Shown here: in pieces, positions 1 to 7,594 of the stretch
Layout: every line of letters starts with the position of its first letter
Position numbering within the stretch: position 1 is the stretch's first letter
Source: a virus
Taxonomy: Duplodnaviria; Heunggongvirae; Uroviricota; Caudoviricetes
Virus record (IMG/VR): IMGVR_UViG_2698536418_000004
Location: 1-13,017 of that record
Length of the DNA: 13,017 nucleotides
Reading direction: 5' to 3' (one strand)
Position numbers and translations under genes: made by a program
The notes under the pieces: model-generated
The model's input: only the letters and a program-made list of their open reading frames with translations
Database searches by the model: none
What the model was told of the DNA's origin: nothing

Positions 1-14
1 CGGATATCCTGCAT
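1..14 (-). CDS. L: 5' end of a second copy of minor tail protein L (start codon plus 4 codons; rest lies off the left edge)
   Basis: Reverse complement of 1-14 reads ATG CAG GAT ATC CG (M Q D I R), the same start as the L-derived ORF at 1335, and overlaps the stop of the M copy at 14-16. Positions 1-13 align with 1322-1334. Confidence 0.5.
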
Positions 15-343
15 CAGTTCACCACCTGTTCAAACTCTGCGCTGAACTCAACACGCAGCATACTGACCCGCGACGACCATTTTGCGCAGGTCACCTTTAT
101 CTGCCGGTAGCCATAAGGCGGCGTCCACAGAAAGGCCTTCCAGCCCCCGTGCTCAGCCAGAAACGACTCCAGCGCCGCGGCCTCCCAACGGGGAACAGAA
201 AGCGTCACGCTGTACGTTTTCAGGTCAGTGTTCAGCCCGGCAGGCGCTCGCTGGGAATAGCCATCACCAAAGCGCACCTTTCTTACGGAAGGGGCAGAAG
301 CCACATCCATACCGGGTTTCACTTTCCAGCGGAAGGTTTTCAT
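14..343 (-). CDS. M: minor tail protein M (second, diverged copy inside the duplicated unit)
   Basis: 109-aa ORF, same length as lambda gpM and near-identical to my recollection of it (MKTFRWKVKPGMDV..., ...SRVSMLRVEFSAEFEQVVN). Differs from the copy at 1335-1664 at 9 of 109 residues. Start overlaps the stop of the upstream ORF. Confidence 0.9.
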   Translation of the reverse strand: MKTFRWKVKPGMDVASAPSVRKVRFGDGYSQRAPAGLNTDLKTYSVTLSVPRWEAAALESFLAEHGGWKAFLWTPPYGYRQIKVTCAKWSSRVSMLRVEFSAEFEQVVN

Positions 344-1335
344 CGTCCACCTCCGGAGAACAGACCACCATCGCGCATCTGCCCGGTCACAACATCCATT
401 GCCGCCTTACGGGCTACGTCATAAACAGCCTTCAGTGCCTGTGGCCCTATCTGACCGTTCGTGCCGTCGTTGTTAATCACCACATGGTTATTCTGCTCAA
501 ACGTCCCGGACGCCTGCGACCGGCTGTCCGCCATGCTGCCCGGTGTACCGACATAACCGCCGGTGGCATAGCCGCGCATCAGCCGGTAGAGATTCCCCAC
601 GCCAATCCGTCTGGTTGCCTCCTTCGTGAAGACGAATTCACCGCGGTGAACAATTCCCGCTGGCTCATATTTGCCGCCGGTTCCCGTAAATCCTCCGGTT
701 GCAAAATGGAATTTCGCCGCAGCTGCCTGAATGGCTGTACCGCCTGATGCGGATGCGCCGCCACCAACAGCCCCGCCAATGGCGCTACCGATACTCCCGA
801 CAATCCCCACCATTGCCTGCTTAAGCAGAATTTCTGTCATCATGGACAGCACGGAACGGGTGAAGCTGCGCCAGTTCTGCTCACTGCCGGTCAGCATCGC
901 AGCGCTCAGTTCGCTGCACTGCTCGATGCGCCAGCGGCTGATCACCTCCTGCTCCGGATCGGCGTAACTGTTTCCGTTGACGAAGTTCACCGCATCCAGA
1001 AAACGGGCGTAAACCTTACGCCGGACCACCGTTCCGCCGACCAGACTCTGCATATCTTCCGCCATCCCGGTGACCATACCGTACAGGTTAGAAACCGTCA
1101 GCGTGGGGCGCGTACTGGTGCCTTTGCCATTCAGTTCAAAACCGCTCCCCTGAATGGGATACGGCTGATACTGTCGCCCCTGCCAGGTGACCGGCTCACC
1201 TTTTTCGTTCTGCTCATTACAGAAAAAATAACGTTCTCCACCGACCTCTGTCAGGTCGATTTCCCAGAGCACCACGCTGGCCGACTGCTCCGCACGGGTG
1301 CATTCATTCAGTGTTTCCTGCCGGATATCCTGCAT
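340..1335 (-). CDS. in-frame chimera: N-terminal 145 codons of tail-tip protein L fused to C-terminal 186 codons of tape measure protein H
   Basis: Residues 1-145 (MQDIRQETLNECTRAEQSASVVLWEIDL ... RWRIEQCSELSA) match the lambda gpL N-terminus. From residue 146 (AMLTGSEQNWRSFTRSVLSMMTEILLKQAMVGIVG ... MRDGGLFSGGGR) the sequence is the C-terminal tail of gpH, as in the intact H gene at 1661-2221. Nucleotide junction lies between 900 and 901. The Cys-rich C-terminal part of gpL is absent. Confidence 0.8.
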   Translation of the reverse strand: MQDIRQETLNECTRAEQSASVVLWEIDLTEVGGERYFFCNEQNEKGEPVTWQGRQYQPYPIQGSGFELNGKGTSTRPTLTVSNLYGMVTGMAEDMQSLVGGTVVRRKVYARFLDAVNFVNGNSYADPEQEVISRWRIEQCSELSAAMLTGSEQNWRSFTRSVLSMMTEILLKQAMVGIVGSIGSAIGGAVGGGASASGGTAIQAAAAKFHFATGGFTGTGGKYEPAGIVHRGEFVFTKEATRRIGVGNLYRLMRGYATGGYVGTPGSMADSRSQASGTFEQNNHVVINNDGTNGQIGPQALKAVYDVARKAAMDVVTGQMRDGGLFSGGGR

Positions 1336-2221
1336 CAGTTCACCACCTGTTCAAACTCTGCGCTGAACTCAACACGTAACATACTGACCCGCGATGTCCA
1401 TTTTGCGCAGGTCACCCTGATCTGCCGCCAGCCATAAGGCGGCGTCCACAGAAAGGCTTTCCAGCCCCCGTGCTCAGCCAGAAACGACTCCAGCGCCCTG
1501 GCCTCCTCGCGGGAGACAGAAAGCGTCACGCTGTACGTTTTCAGGTCAGCATTCAGCCCGGCAGGCGCACGCTGGGAATAGCCATCACCAAAGCGCACCT
1601 CCCTGACGGAAGGAGCCGATGTCACATCCATCCCGGGTTTCACTTTCCAGCGGAAGGTTTTCATCGTCCACCTCCGGAGAACAAGCCACCATCACGCATC
1701 TGTGCCTGAATTTCATCACGGGCACCCTTGCGGGCCATGTCATACACAGCCTTCAGCGCCTGTGGTCCAATCTGCCCGTTCGTGCCGTCGTTGTTAATCA
1801 CCACATGGTTATTCTGCTCAAACTTCCCGGACGCCTGCGACCGGCTGTCCGCCAGACTGCCCGGTGTACCGACATAACCGCCGGTGGCATAGCCGCGCAT
1901 AAGCCGGTAAAGATTCCCCACGCCAATCCGGCTGGTTGCCTCCTTCGTGAAGACAAACTCACCACGGTGAACAATCCCCGCTGGCTCATATTTGCCGCCG
2001 GTTCCCGTAAATCCTCCGGTCGCAAAATGGAATTTCGCCGCAGCTGCCTGAATGGCTGTACCGCCTGATGCGGATGCGCCGCCACCAACAGCCCCGCCAA
2101 TGGCGCTACCGATACTCCCGACAATCCCCACCATTGCCTGCTTAAGCAGAATTTCTGTCATCATGGACAGCACGGAACGGGTGAAGCTGCGCCAGTTCTG
2201 CTCACTGCCGGTCAGCATCGC
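1322..2221. repeat. direct repeat, copy 1 of the duplicated unit (3' end of H, all of M, start of L)
   Basis: Partner of 1-900 at offset 1321. Similarity ends abruptly after 2221/900, where copy 1 continues as H (tgccatattctgtgc) and copy 2 continues as L (agcgctcagttcgct). Confidence 0.9.
1335..1664 (-). CDS. M: minor tail protein M
   Basis: 109-aa ORF near-identical to lambda gpM along its whole length. Stop overlaps the ATG of the L-derived ORF (TGATG); start overlaps the H stop. Confidence 0.93.
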   Translation of the reverse strand: MKTFRWKVKPGMDVTSAPSVREVRFGDGYSQRAPAGLNADLKTYSVTLSVSREEARALESFLAEHGGWKAFLWTPPYGWRQIRVTCAKWTSRVSMLRVEFSAEFEQVVN

Positions 2222-4276
2222 TGCCATATTCTGTGCAATACCGTCAAAGGTCTGCGTGGCCACGCTTTTTACCTGCGAAAAACTGTCCGTCGCACTTTCC
2301 GCCCACTCACCCCAGCCGGACTTCATCCCGGCCATCCAGCTTCCACGAAGCTGCTCCTCCGCAGACCAGGTGTTCTTCAGTGCAGATGTGGCCTTCGCCA
2401 GCGCATCCGGATTATCACCGTACACCTCACGAAGGCGCTGCTCTTCCGACTCCCGCTGCGCCTGACGGTCGGTGAGTCCGCGGGCTTTTGCGCTGATTGC
2501 CGCCTGCTTCGCACTCTGCTGCTGTTCAAACCGCGCCGCCTGCTGTGCCAGCTCATTCAGCCGTTTCTGGTGTTCAACCTTGTCGCCCAGCTCAGCCAGC
2601 TGGCGTTTGTACTCCAGCGTCTCTTTCTCATGAGCCAGCAGGGATTTTTCCTGCTCAGATAACTGCCGTTTCGTGGCGGCCTCTTTCAGGACCACATACT
2701 GATTTTCCGCTTTCCATAAATCCCGGCGCTGCTGGCTGATTTTTTCATTCGCACCGCTGTGCTTCTCCAGCGTCCTGAGCTCAGTTTCAAGCGACAGCAT
2801 GGCTGCATGCGCCCGGTCTTCCTGGCGCTCACCGGCAGACACCTTCACACCTGACGGCTTTTTCTGCGTCGATTCATAATCCTTTTTTGCCGACGCCATC
2901 AGCGTGTTGTAATCCGCCTGCAGGATTTTTCCGTCTTTCAGGGCCCTATTCAGCTCTTCCTGCCGGGCGGTATATTTCTCCAGTGGCGTCAGCAGGCGCT
3001 CATACGCCTTCTGCGCCTCTCCGGTATACTTCAGCTGTGACGACTCACGCTCAGCCCTGTCCCTTGCCGCCAGTTCACCGGCTTTTTCCATATCCGACTG
3101 CAGCGTTGCCGCTGCCAGACCCAGACGGGCATTTTCCCGGTCATCCCATGCGCCCTGAAGGTTGGCCCGGAAAGAGGAGGTTTTACCGCGGCGCTGGCTC
3201 CGGCTCTGGTACCACTGCCATTTTTTATCCGCCTCATCAAATGCCTTCTGCGCACTGGCGAGCATATCCGCTGAGGATTCCGGACGACCGATATCCAGGA
3301 TGGCATCCCACATCGATTTGAACGCCTTCCCTGTTTTATCCGCCCAGGTCTCCAGCGTCCCCATGTTTTCTTTCAGGCGACGGGTCTGCTCATCAAAGCC
3401 TTTCGTGGCAATATCGTTCGCCGCCTGCAATGCCCCGGCCTCATCACCGGAACGCTGTAACTGTGCAACATACGCAATCTGCTCTGCCGTCACGTTATGG
3501 AACAGCTTCGCCATCGCAATCAGCCCCGACGTCGGGTCAGTGGTCAGTTTTCCGAAAGCCTCTGCAACCTTGTCCACCTCCACGTCGGATGCAGAAGCAA
3601 AACGCGCGACACTCTGGTTGATGGCATCAAACTGTTCACCACCACGCACACCGGCATTCACCATGGCTGCCAGTGACTCTCTCGCCTGGTTAAACGTCAG
3701 CCCCGCGGCCTGTCCGGCTCTGGAGAGCGTCAGCATGCGATCGGCAGTCAGTCCGGACTGATTACCGGAAAGAACCAGCGTTTTATTAAATTCTGAAAGC
3801 GTGGCGTCGCCCCGGTACCAGGCATACGCCAGCACCCCCGTGGCAGCAGCAAGCGCACCAATTCCGACAGCAGGCAGCGAGACGGCCCCAGCCAGTCCCC
3901 GGAACATGGGGATCATCCCACCGAACGAGTCCTTAATCTGCCCGCCCTGTTGCAGCAGAATTAGCCAGGGATTCTGACCACCGGCAAGCTGCGTGGTCAC
4001 GTCGGTGAACTGCATGGGTAGCGTACGCATGGCCGCTTTATACTGCCCGACGGAAATCCCGGCTTTTTGTGCAGCCAGCGCCTGACGGCTCAGCCCCTGC
4101 TCAACAGCAGCGGCCTGTTTCTTAAAAGACTGGCTGACACGCACGGCCATCAAATCCGCAAGGTCACTGGCTTCACCCAGTTCTTTCTTTACCCGTGCAG
4201 CCTCTTCAGAAAAACGGGTTGAATCCAGTGTAAGAACAGCTGTCAGATCGGCAAAATTACCCGCCATAGCGTACAC
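1661..4276 (-). CDS. H: tail tape measure protein
   Basis: 871-aa ORF (lambda gpH is about 853 aa). Long blocks match remembered gpH: SRQALAAQKAGISVGQYKAAMR, FNKTLVLSGNQSGLTADRML, VEVDKVAEAFGKLTTDPTSGL, KISQQRRDLWKAE, and the Gly-rich C-terminal segment GIVGSIGSAIGGAVGGGASASGG. Start overlaps the end of the T frame. Confidence 0.95.
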   Translation of the reverse strand: MYAMAGNFADLTAVLTLDSTRFSEEAARVKKELGEASDLADLMAVRVSQSFKKQAAAVEQGLSRQALAAQKAGISVGQYKAAMRTLPMQFTDVTTQLAGGQNPWLILLQQGGQIKDSFGGMIPMFRGLAGAVSLPAVGIGALAAATGVLAYAWYRGDATLSEFNKTLVLSGNQSGLTADRMLTLSRAGQAAGLTFNQARESLAAMVNAGVRGGEQFDAINQSVARFASASDVEVDKVAEAFGKLTTDPTSGLIAMAKLFHNVTAEQIAYVAQLQRSGDEAGALQAANDIATKGFDEQTRRLKENMGTLETWADKTGKAFKSMWDAILDIGRPESSADMLASAQKAFDEADKKWQWYQSRSQRRGKTSSFRANLQGAWDDRENARLGLAAATLQSDMEKAGELAARDRAERESSQLKYTGEAQKAYERLLTPLEKYTARQEELNRALKDGKILQADYNTLMASAKKDYESTQKKPSGVKVSAGERQEDRAHAAMLSLETELRTLEKHSGANEKISQQRRDLWKAENQYVVLKEAATKRQLSEQEKSLLAHEKETLEYKRQLAELGDKVEHQKRLNELAQQAARFEQQQSAKQAAISAKARGLTDRQAQRESEEQRLREVYGDNPDALAKATSALKNTWSAEEQLRGSWMAGMKSGWGEWAESATDSFSQVKSVATQTFDGIAQNMAAMLTGSEQNWRSFTRSVLSMMTEILLKQAMVGIVGSIGSAIGGAVGGGASASGGTAIQAAAAKFHFATGGFTGTGGKYEPAGIVHRGEFVFTKEATSRIGVGNLYRLMRGYATGGYVGTPGSLADSRSQASGKFEQNNHVVINNDGTNGQIGPQALKAVYDMARKGARDEIQAQMRDGGLFSGGGR

Positions 4277-5119
4277 CTCCTGGAATTCCCTCAGACACCA
4301 TCATCAGCATGGCTTCATCCTCTGTACTGCTCCGCATGTCATCACTGACCATAACGATTTCCTTCCCGTCAGCCCCAAAGCGGACACCACCAGAAAGACC
4401 TGCCGCTTTCCGCATCAGCATATCGTCCTCATCCGGCATCTCCGTCTGCTCATCATCACGTCGGGGTGCCAGCAGACTGAAATCAGAGGGATGCATATCC
4501 GGATCGCAAAAAAACAGGCTGAGTACAGCGTACGTCAGCCCGGAAAAATGCATATCCAGCTGGGTATCCTGAAAATAATGCGTGCGGTAAAAACGGTGCC
4601 AGTCGGCATATTCGGTGGATGTCATCCCGGCAAGCATGGCGCGCCAGTCGGGTCTCCCCATCTCACGCGCCAGTCTGAGGGCAAAGTTCAGCTCACCGTC
4701 GAAGACTTTCCCGCAGAAAAATCATCATCAGTCAGCGTGTTATTTTTCGCCACTTCAGTAATATCAGTATCCGGACGAACAGCTTCGATCATCCCGGACA
4801 GGCACAACACCACGTCTTCCGCCCGGGCAATGGCATCGGCAGGCCAGGTGGTGAGCACTTCCTGCTCTATCTTCATCACGGCCTCATTCATTGACGGTGA
4901 CTGCGTTTTCTGTGGATGGTTATGCCACAGGGACATCGCCACCAGAAACGCGCCGGTTCTGACAAGATCTTCCACACTCACCTGCAGGTTGCCGCTGGCT
5001 TCAGCCTCTTCTGCCCGCCGTTTCAGGAGGGCAAGATGCTCAATACGCTGCAGCGCAGACAGCTCAGAAAGCGTGACGGATACACCGTTATATTCAAATT
5101 GTTCTGTTTTCAGGAACAT
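4257..5119 (-). CDS. G-T: tail assembly chaperone G-T, made by programmed -1 ribosomal frameshift (G frame 5119 to 4706, then T frame to 4257)
   Basis: Slippery heptamer G GGA AAG on the minus strand at 4712-4706, in the G frame just before the G stop. After a -1 shift the frame reads GKVFDGELNFALRLAREMGRPDWRAMLAGMTSTEYADWHRFY..., matching lambda gpT, and runs open to the stop at 4257. Confidence 0.8.
4688..5119 (-). CDS. G: tail assembly chaperone G
   Basis: 143-aa ORF: MFLKTEQFEYNGVSVTLSELSALQRIEHLAL ... AFLVAMSLWHNHPQKTQSPSMNEAV ... SAGKSSTVS, matching lambda gpG from start to stop. Confidence 0.93.
   Translation of the reverse strand: MFLKTEQFEYNGVSVTLSELSALQRIEHLALLKRRAEEAEASGNLQVSVEDLVRTGAFLVAMSLWHNHPQKTQSPSMNEAVMKIEQEVLTTWPADAIARAEDVVLCLSGMIEAVRPDTDITEVAKNNTLTDDDFSAGKSSTVS
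4706..4712 (-). other. -1 programmed frameshift slippery heptamer (G GGA AAG)
   Basis: Plus strand 4706-4712 is ctttccc, reverse complement gggaaag, read G GGA AAG in the G frame 6 codons before the G stop. Same heptamer and relative position as the lambda G/G-T recoding site. Confidence 0.8.
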
Positions 5120-5137
5120 CGCTTATCTCTCAGCTCT

Positions 5138-5884
5138 TTAGCCACCCGGCACATTATTAACGGTAATTTCAGCCACCGCAGCAAACTGACCATTACCGGA
5201 AATCACAGGGATGCTGACTTTTCCATCCTTAACCCCCGTCACAGTAATCGTCATATCTTTCACGCTAATGGTGGCTTTTGATGGATCGGCGGAAATCGCC
5301 CTGAATGTCTTATCCGTTGCATTTTCCGGTTCCACAGTAACGGTCAGGGTGGTTGTTTTCCCTTTTTCAACCGTACCTGTCGGCGTTACCTTAATCGCAG
5401 TGACCGGCGTAATTTTGCTGCGTTCTTCCGCTACAGAAGGTTTACCCACGTTAGTGACTTTCACCGTGCGGGTGATCACTTCTTTCGCCGTCACGGCCTT
5501 ACCGATACTGCTGACCCAGCCACGAAACACATCCACCGTGCCATTCGGAAAACGGATTTTATAGGCCCGGACATCGCCGCTTTCAAACCAGCCTATAAGC
5601 CCTTTCTGGCCTTCCTCTCCCGGTTTCCAGGCCAGTGTAAAACTGGTATCACCTGCAGATTTCTGTCCCTGCCCGGTCGCGCTCCAGTCCGCGTCTTCAT
5701 CATCCAGGTAGTTATCATCGTAGGATTCTGCCGTCATCTCGCCCGGCGTCAGATCCTTCACCTTAGCCAGTCGCTGCCAGTCATCATCTGACAACGGGTT
5801 GGCATAAGCATCATCCTTGCCGGTGTACACCCATAGTGTGGTGCCGGAACCTTTCACCGGCTCAAGAGGATTTGGTATTGCCAT
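5138..5884 (-). CDS. V: major tail protein with C-terminal Ig-like domain
   Basis: 248-aa ORF with long stretches matching lambda gpV: [103 protein letters not shown]. The C-terminal ~90 aa are Thr/Val-rich, consistent with the Ig-like domain of gpV. Confidence 0.95.
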   Translation of the reverse strand: MAIPNPLEPVKGSGTTLWVYTGKDDAYANPLSDDDWQRLAKVKDLTPGEMTAESYDDNYLDDEDADWSATGQGQKSAGDTSFTLAWKPGEEGQKGLIGWFESGDVRAYKIRFPNGTVDVFRGWVSSIGKAVTAKEVITRTVKVTNVGKPSVAEERSKITPVTAIKVTPTGTVEKGKTTTLTVTVEPENATDKTFRAISADPSKATISVKDMTITVTGVKDGKVSIPVISGNGQFAAVAEITVNNVPGG

Positions 5885-5891
5885 ATCGTCC

Positions 5892-6290
5892 TCACATCTC
5901 GTAGGTAATTTTCCACAGGAGATCTGCCGATCCCCACATCATAAACTCATCATCCCGGCGGTAGTCATACCCCTGAAGATTCATCTTCAGCAGTAACGCA
6001 CTGAGGCCGGGAACCGCCTCCAGCGCAGGAAGGATTTTCTCTTCCATCCACATATCCAGTGCCGAGTCCGGTTCTTTTGCCCTGAGAAAAACTTCAATAT
6101 GCAGTGTCGCCTCCCAGGTCCCCTCATCAACGAACTCGTCAGCAGCAGACGCATCAGTCAGGTAAACAGCAACAGCAGGCAGTTCCTGTTCATCAATAAA
6201 AACCGGGCGGCCGTCAAACCAGCTCACCCGCTCAGAAATATTGTCTTTCAGGGCAGACAGAACTGCCGTCCGTATTTCACGGTGTTTCAT
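5892..6290 (-). CDS. U: tail terminator protein (minor tail protein U)
   Basis: 132-aa ORF (lambda gpU is 131 aa): [38 protein letters not shown] and C-terminal ITYEM match gpU. Confidence 0.93.
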   Translation of the reverse strand: MKHREIRTAVLSALKDNISERVSWFDGRPVFIDEQELPAVAVYLTDASAADEFVDEGTWEATLHIEVFLRAKEPDSALDMWMEEKILPALEAVPGLSALLLKMNLQGYDYRRDDEFMMWGSADLLWKITYEM

Positions 6291-6302
6291 ACACCCTCCC
6301 TG

Positions 6303-6932
6303 TCATTTTCTTTTCAGCACCAGGCGTAACTGATGCGTCATGGCTTTCATCATCTGCGCCGGTAATTTTTCCCGGTACATCCGGTCCCGTTCACGTTCAA
6401 AAGTTTCTGCCAGCGGTCCGGCAGTCGGAATTTTCACCACTTCAATCGGCAGACGGTAGCGTTTCGGCCTCCCTTTGCTGTCAGCACCGGTGGACGATGG
6501 TGCCCACGGCATACGCTGCATCACATGCCAGCGTCCGTTAGCCAGCCGGGTGATAAAGGCGTCCGGGATCCGTCTTTTCCCCACAATCAGCACACTGCCG
6601 CCCCCTTTCTTGACCGAACGCTCGCCTTTCTTTCGTCGCTTTCTGCGGGAAAGCCGCACGCTGGCCGTCCCCAGTTTTATGGCGGGCAGATTACCGGTGT
6701 TGATGATGACCTTCGCATAAATCCTGTCTGCGCTAGCCCGTTGCAGGCGGATACGCTCACGGATGAGACGGCGCGGAACCGCCAGCTCCCTGGCAACCGA
6801 AGAGGCCGTTTTCGCGATGATGGACTCCGCCACACGGTTAAGTGTCGTGGCGGCAGCCCGGGGAACGGCACGGCGGTCAATTGCATCCAGATTTTTCATG
6901 GCCTGCGCCAGACCTTTTATTGCCATACTCAT
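6303..6932 (-). CDS. Z: tail completion protein Z-like
   Basis: 209-aa ORF: MAIKGL, VPRAAA, NRVA, LSRRKRRKKGERSVKKGGGSVLIVGKRRIPDAFI, NGRWHVMQR and HQLRLVLKR match remembered lambda gpZ (192 aa). The true start may be the ATG two codons downstream (6926), since lambda gpZ begins MAIKGL. Confidence 0.85.
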   Translation of the reverse strand: MSMAIKGLAQAMKNLDAIDRRAVPRAAATTLNRVAESIIAKTASSVARELAVPRRLIRERIRLQRASADRIYAKVIINTGNLPAIKLGTASVRLSRRKRRKKGERSVKKGGGSVLIVGKRRIPDAFITRLANGRWHVMQRMPWAPSSTGADSKGRPKRYRLPIEVVKIPTAGPLAETFERERDRMYREKLPAQMMKAMTHQLRLVLKRK

Positions 6933-7210
6933 TCCTGTTCGACAAAAATCCGGGGTTTACCGTTGTACGTGTCATAACGGGTCACCGTCAGTGTGCGCCC
7001 CGCAAACACAACAACATCATGACGGGCCGGACGGTACCGGGCTGAAAACACCACCAGTGACAACTGGCTGCCCGAAAGCGCCCCCATCTCCGCGGACTCT
7101 TCCTCCGGCATCACGTCATACACGACGCCGTTAATCTCCGCCTGTTTGCCCATCACCCGAACGGTCGCCCCGTCCATCCGGCAACACATTCGCGTAAACA
7201 GATCAGACAT
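6929..7210 (-). CDS. head-tail attachment protein, FII-like (in prophages often annotated 'ATP-binding sugar transporter-like')
   Basis: 93-aa ORF in the FII position between the head genes and Z. Only a weak resemblance to lambda gpFII in overall size and beta-rich composition; the call rests mainly on synteny. Confidence 0.5.
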   Translation of the reverse strand: MSDLFTRMCCRMDGATVRVMGKQAEINGVVYDVMPEEESAEMGALSGSQLSLVVFSARYRPARHDVVVFAGRTLTVTRYDTYNGKPRIFVEQE

Positions 7211-7529
7211 TGATTTTTACCGCCACAGTGGCGCTGTTTGCAGGAGCATTTTCCCAGGCTACCCCCGCGGCCACCGCACCCTCTGCAGCCAGCTGCACAA
7301 CCCCGTCCTTCAGATAAACCACCGCGCCGGACTGAATGTCGTCAGCAGACTGTTTGGGCAGAAGGAACACGCCTTCGGCAAAACCGTCACCGGCATCACC
7401 GGCAGGAATATCTGTAATGGCCACGGCCACCATACTGCCGACCACCACCGCAGCACCGCTCAGGATGGTCTGATCTCCGGCATTCACCAGTTCAATGGTG
7501 GTACCGTCCTGTACAAAATTTTTCGCCAT
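7203..7529 (-). CDS. small Gly/Ala/Val-rich head protein, possibly a decoration/cement protein (DUF2190-like) or FI-position packaging factor
   Basis: 108-aa ORF directly downstream of the capsid gene with a GGAGA ribosome-binding site about 10 nt upstream of the ATG. Sequence (MAKNFVQDGTTIELVNAGDQTILSGAAVVVGS...) does not match lambda gpD or gpFI from memory; function assigned by position and composition only. Confidence 0.4.
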   Translation of the reverse strand: MAKNFVQDGTTIELVNAGDQTILSGAAVVVGSMVAVAITDIPAGDAGDGFAEGVFLLPKQSADDIQSGAVVYLKDGVVQLAAEGAVAAGVAWENAPANSATVAVKINV

Positions 7530-7544
7530 AATGCTGTTTCTCCG

Positions 7545-7594
7545 GACAGCCCCTGTGGGGCTGTTTTTCAGGCATAAAAAAAGCCCTTTCGGGC
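7545..7594. terminator. pair of GC-rich hairpins with flanking T/A runs in the capsid-to-decoration intergenic gap; possible bidirectional or partial terminator
   Basis: Plus strand 7546-7564 acagcccc-tgt-ggggctgt (8-bp stem) followed by ttttt. 7576-7594 aaaaaaa-gccc-tttc-gggc, which on the minus strand is GCCC-GAAA-GGGC followed by TTTTTTT. This is the only intergenic gap over 20 nt in the window. Confidence 0.4.

Larger units (their letters stand above)
1..900. repeat. direct repeat, copy 2 of a 1321-bp tandemly duplicated unit (visible part; left 421 bp off-window)
   Basis: Position n aligns with n+1321 throughout. 701-900 is identical to 2022-2221; 1-700 differs from 1322-2021 at roughly 3-10 percent of positions in the 60-100 nt blocks I compared by eye. 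Confidence 0.9.

Noticed and set aside
82-747. 221-aa plus-strand ORF, and other long plus-strand ORFs (1619-2068, 2052-2465, 2887-3321, 3162-3761, 4491-5141, 7596-8096, 11498-12070)
   Set aside because: Each lies wholly antisense to a well-supported minus-strand structural gene with clear lambda homology. Their translations are Arg/Pro/Ser/Cys-rich and low-complexity, typical of shadow ORFs in GC-rich coding DNA, and none has a convincing ribosome-binding site or recognisable domain.
1-2221. The 1321-bp repeat as an IS element, transposon end or CRISPR-like array
   Set aside because: The repeat is made entirely of tail-gene coding sequence (H 3' end, M, L 5' end) with no transposase, inverted terminal repeats or short spacer-repeat periodicity. 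It is a segmental duplication of phage structural genes.
4257-4661. T annotated as an independent 134-aa gene starting at the Met at 4661
   Set aside because: The frame is open upstream of that Met back to the slippery heptamer at 4706-4712 and the region aligns to gpT continuously, so it is expressed as the G-T frameshift product, not from its own start.
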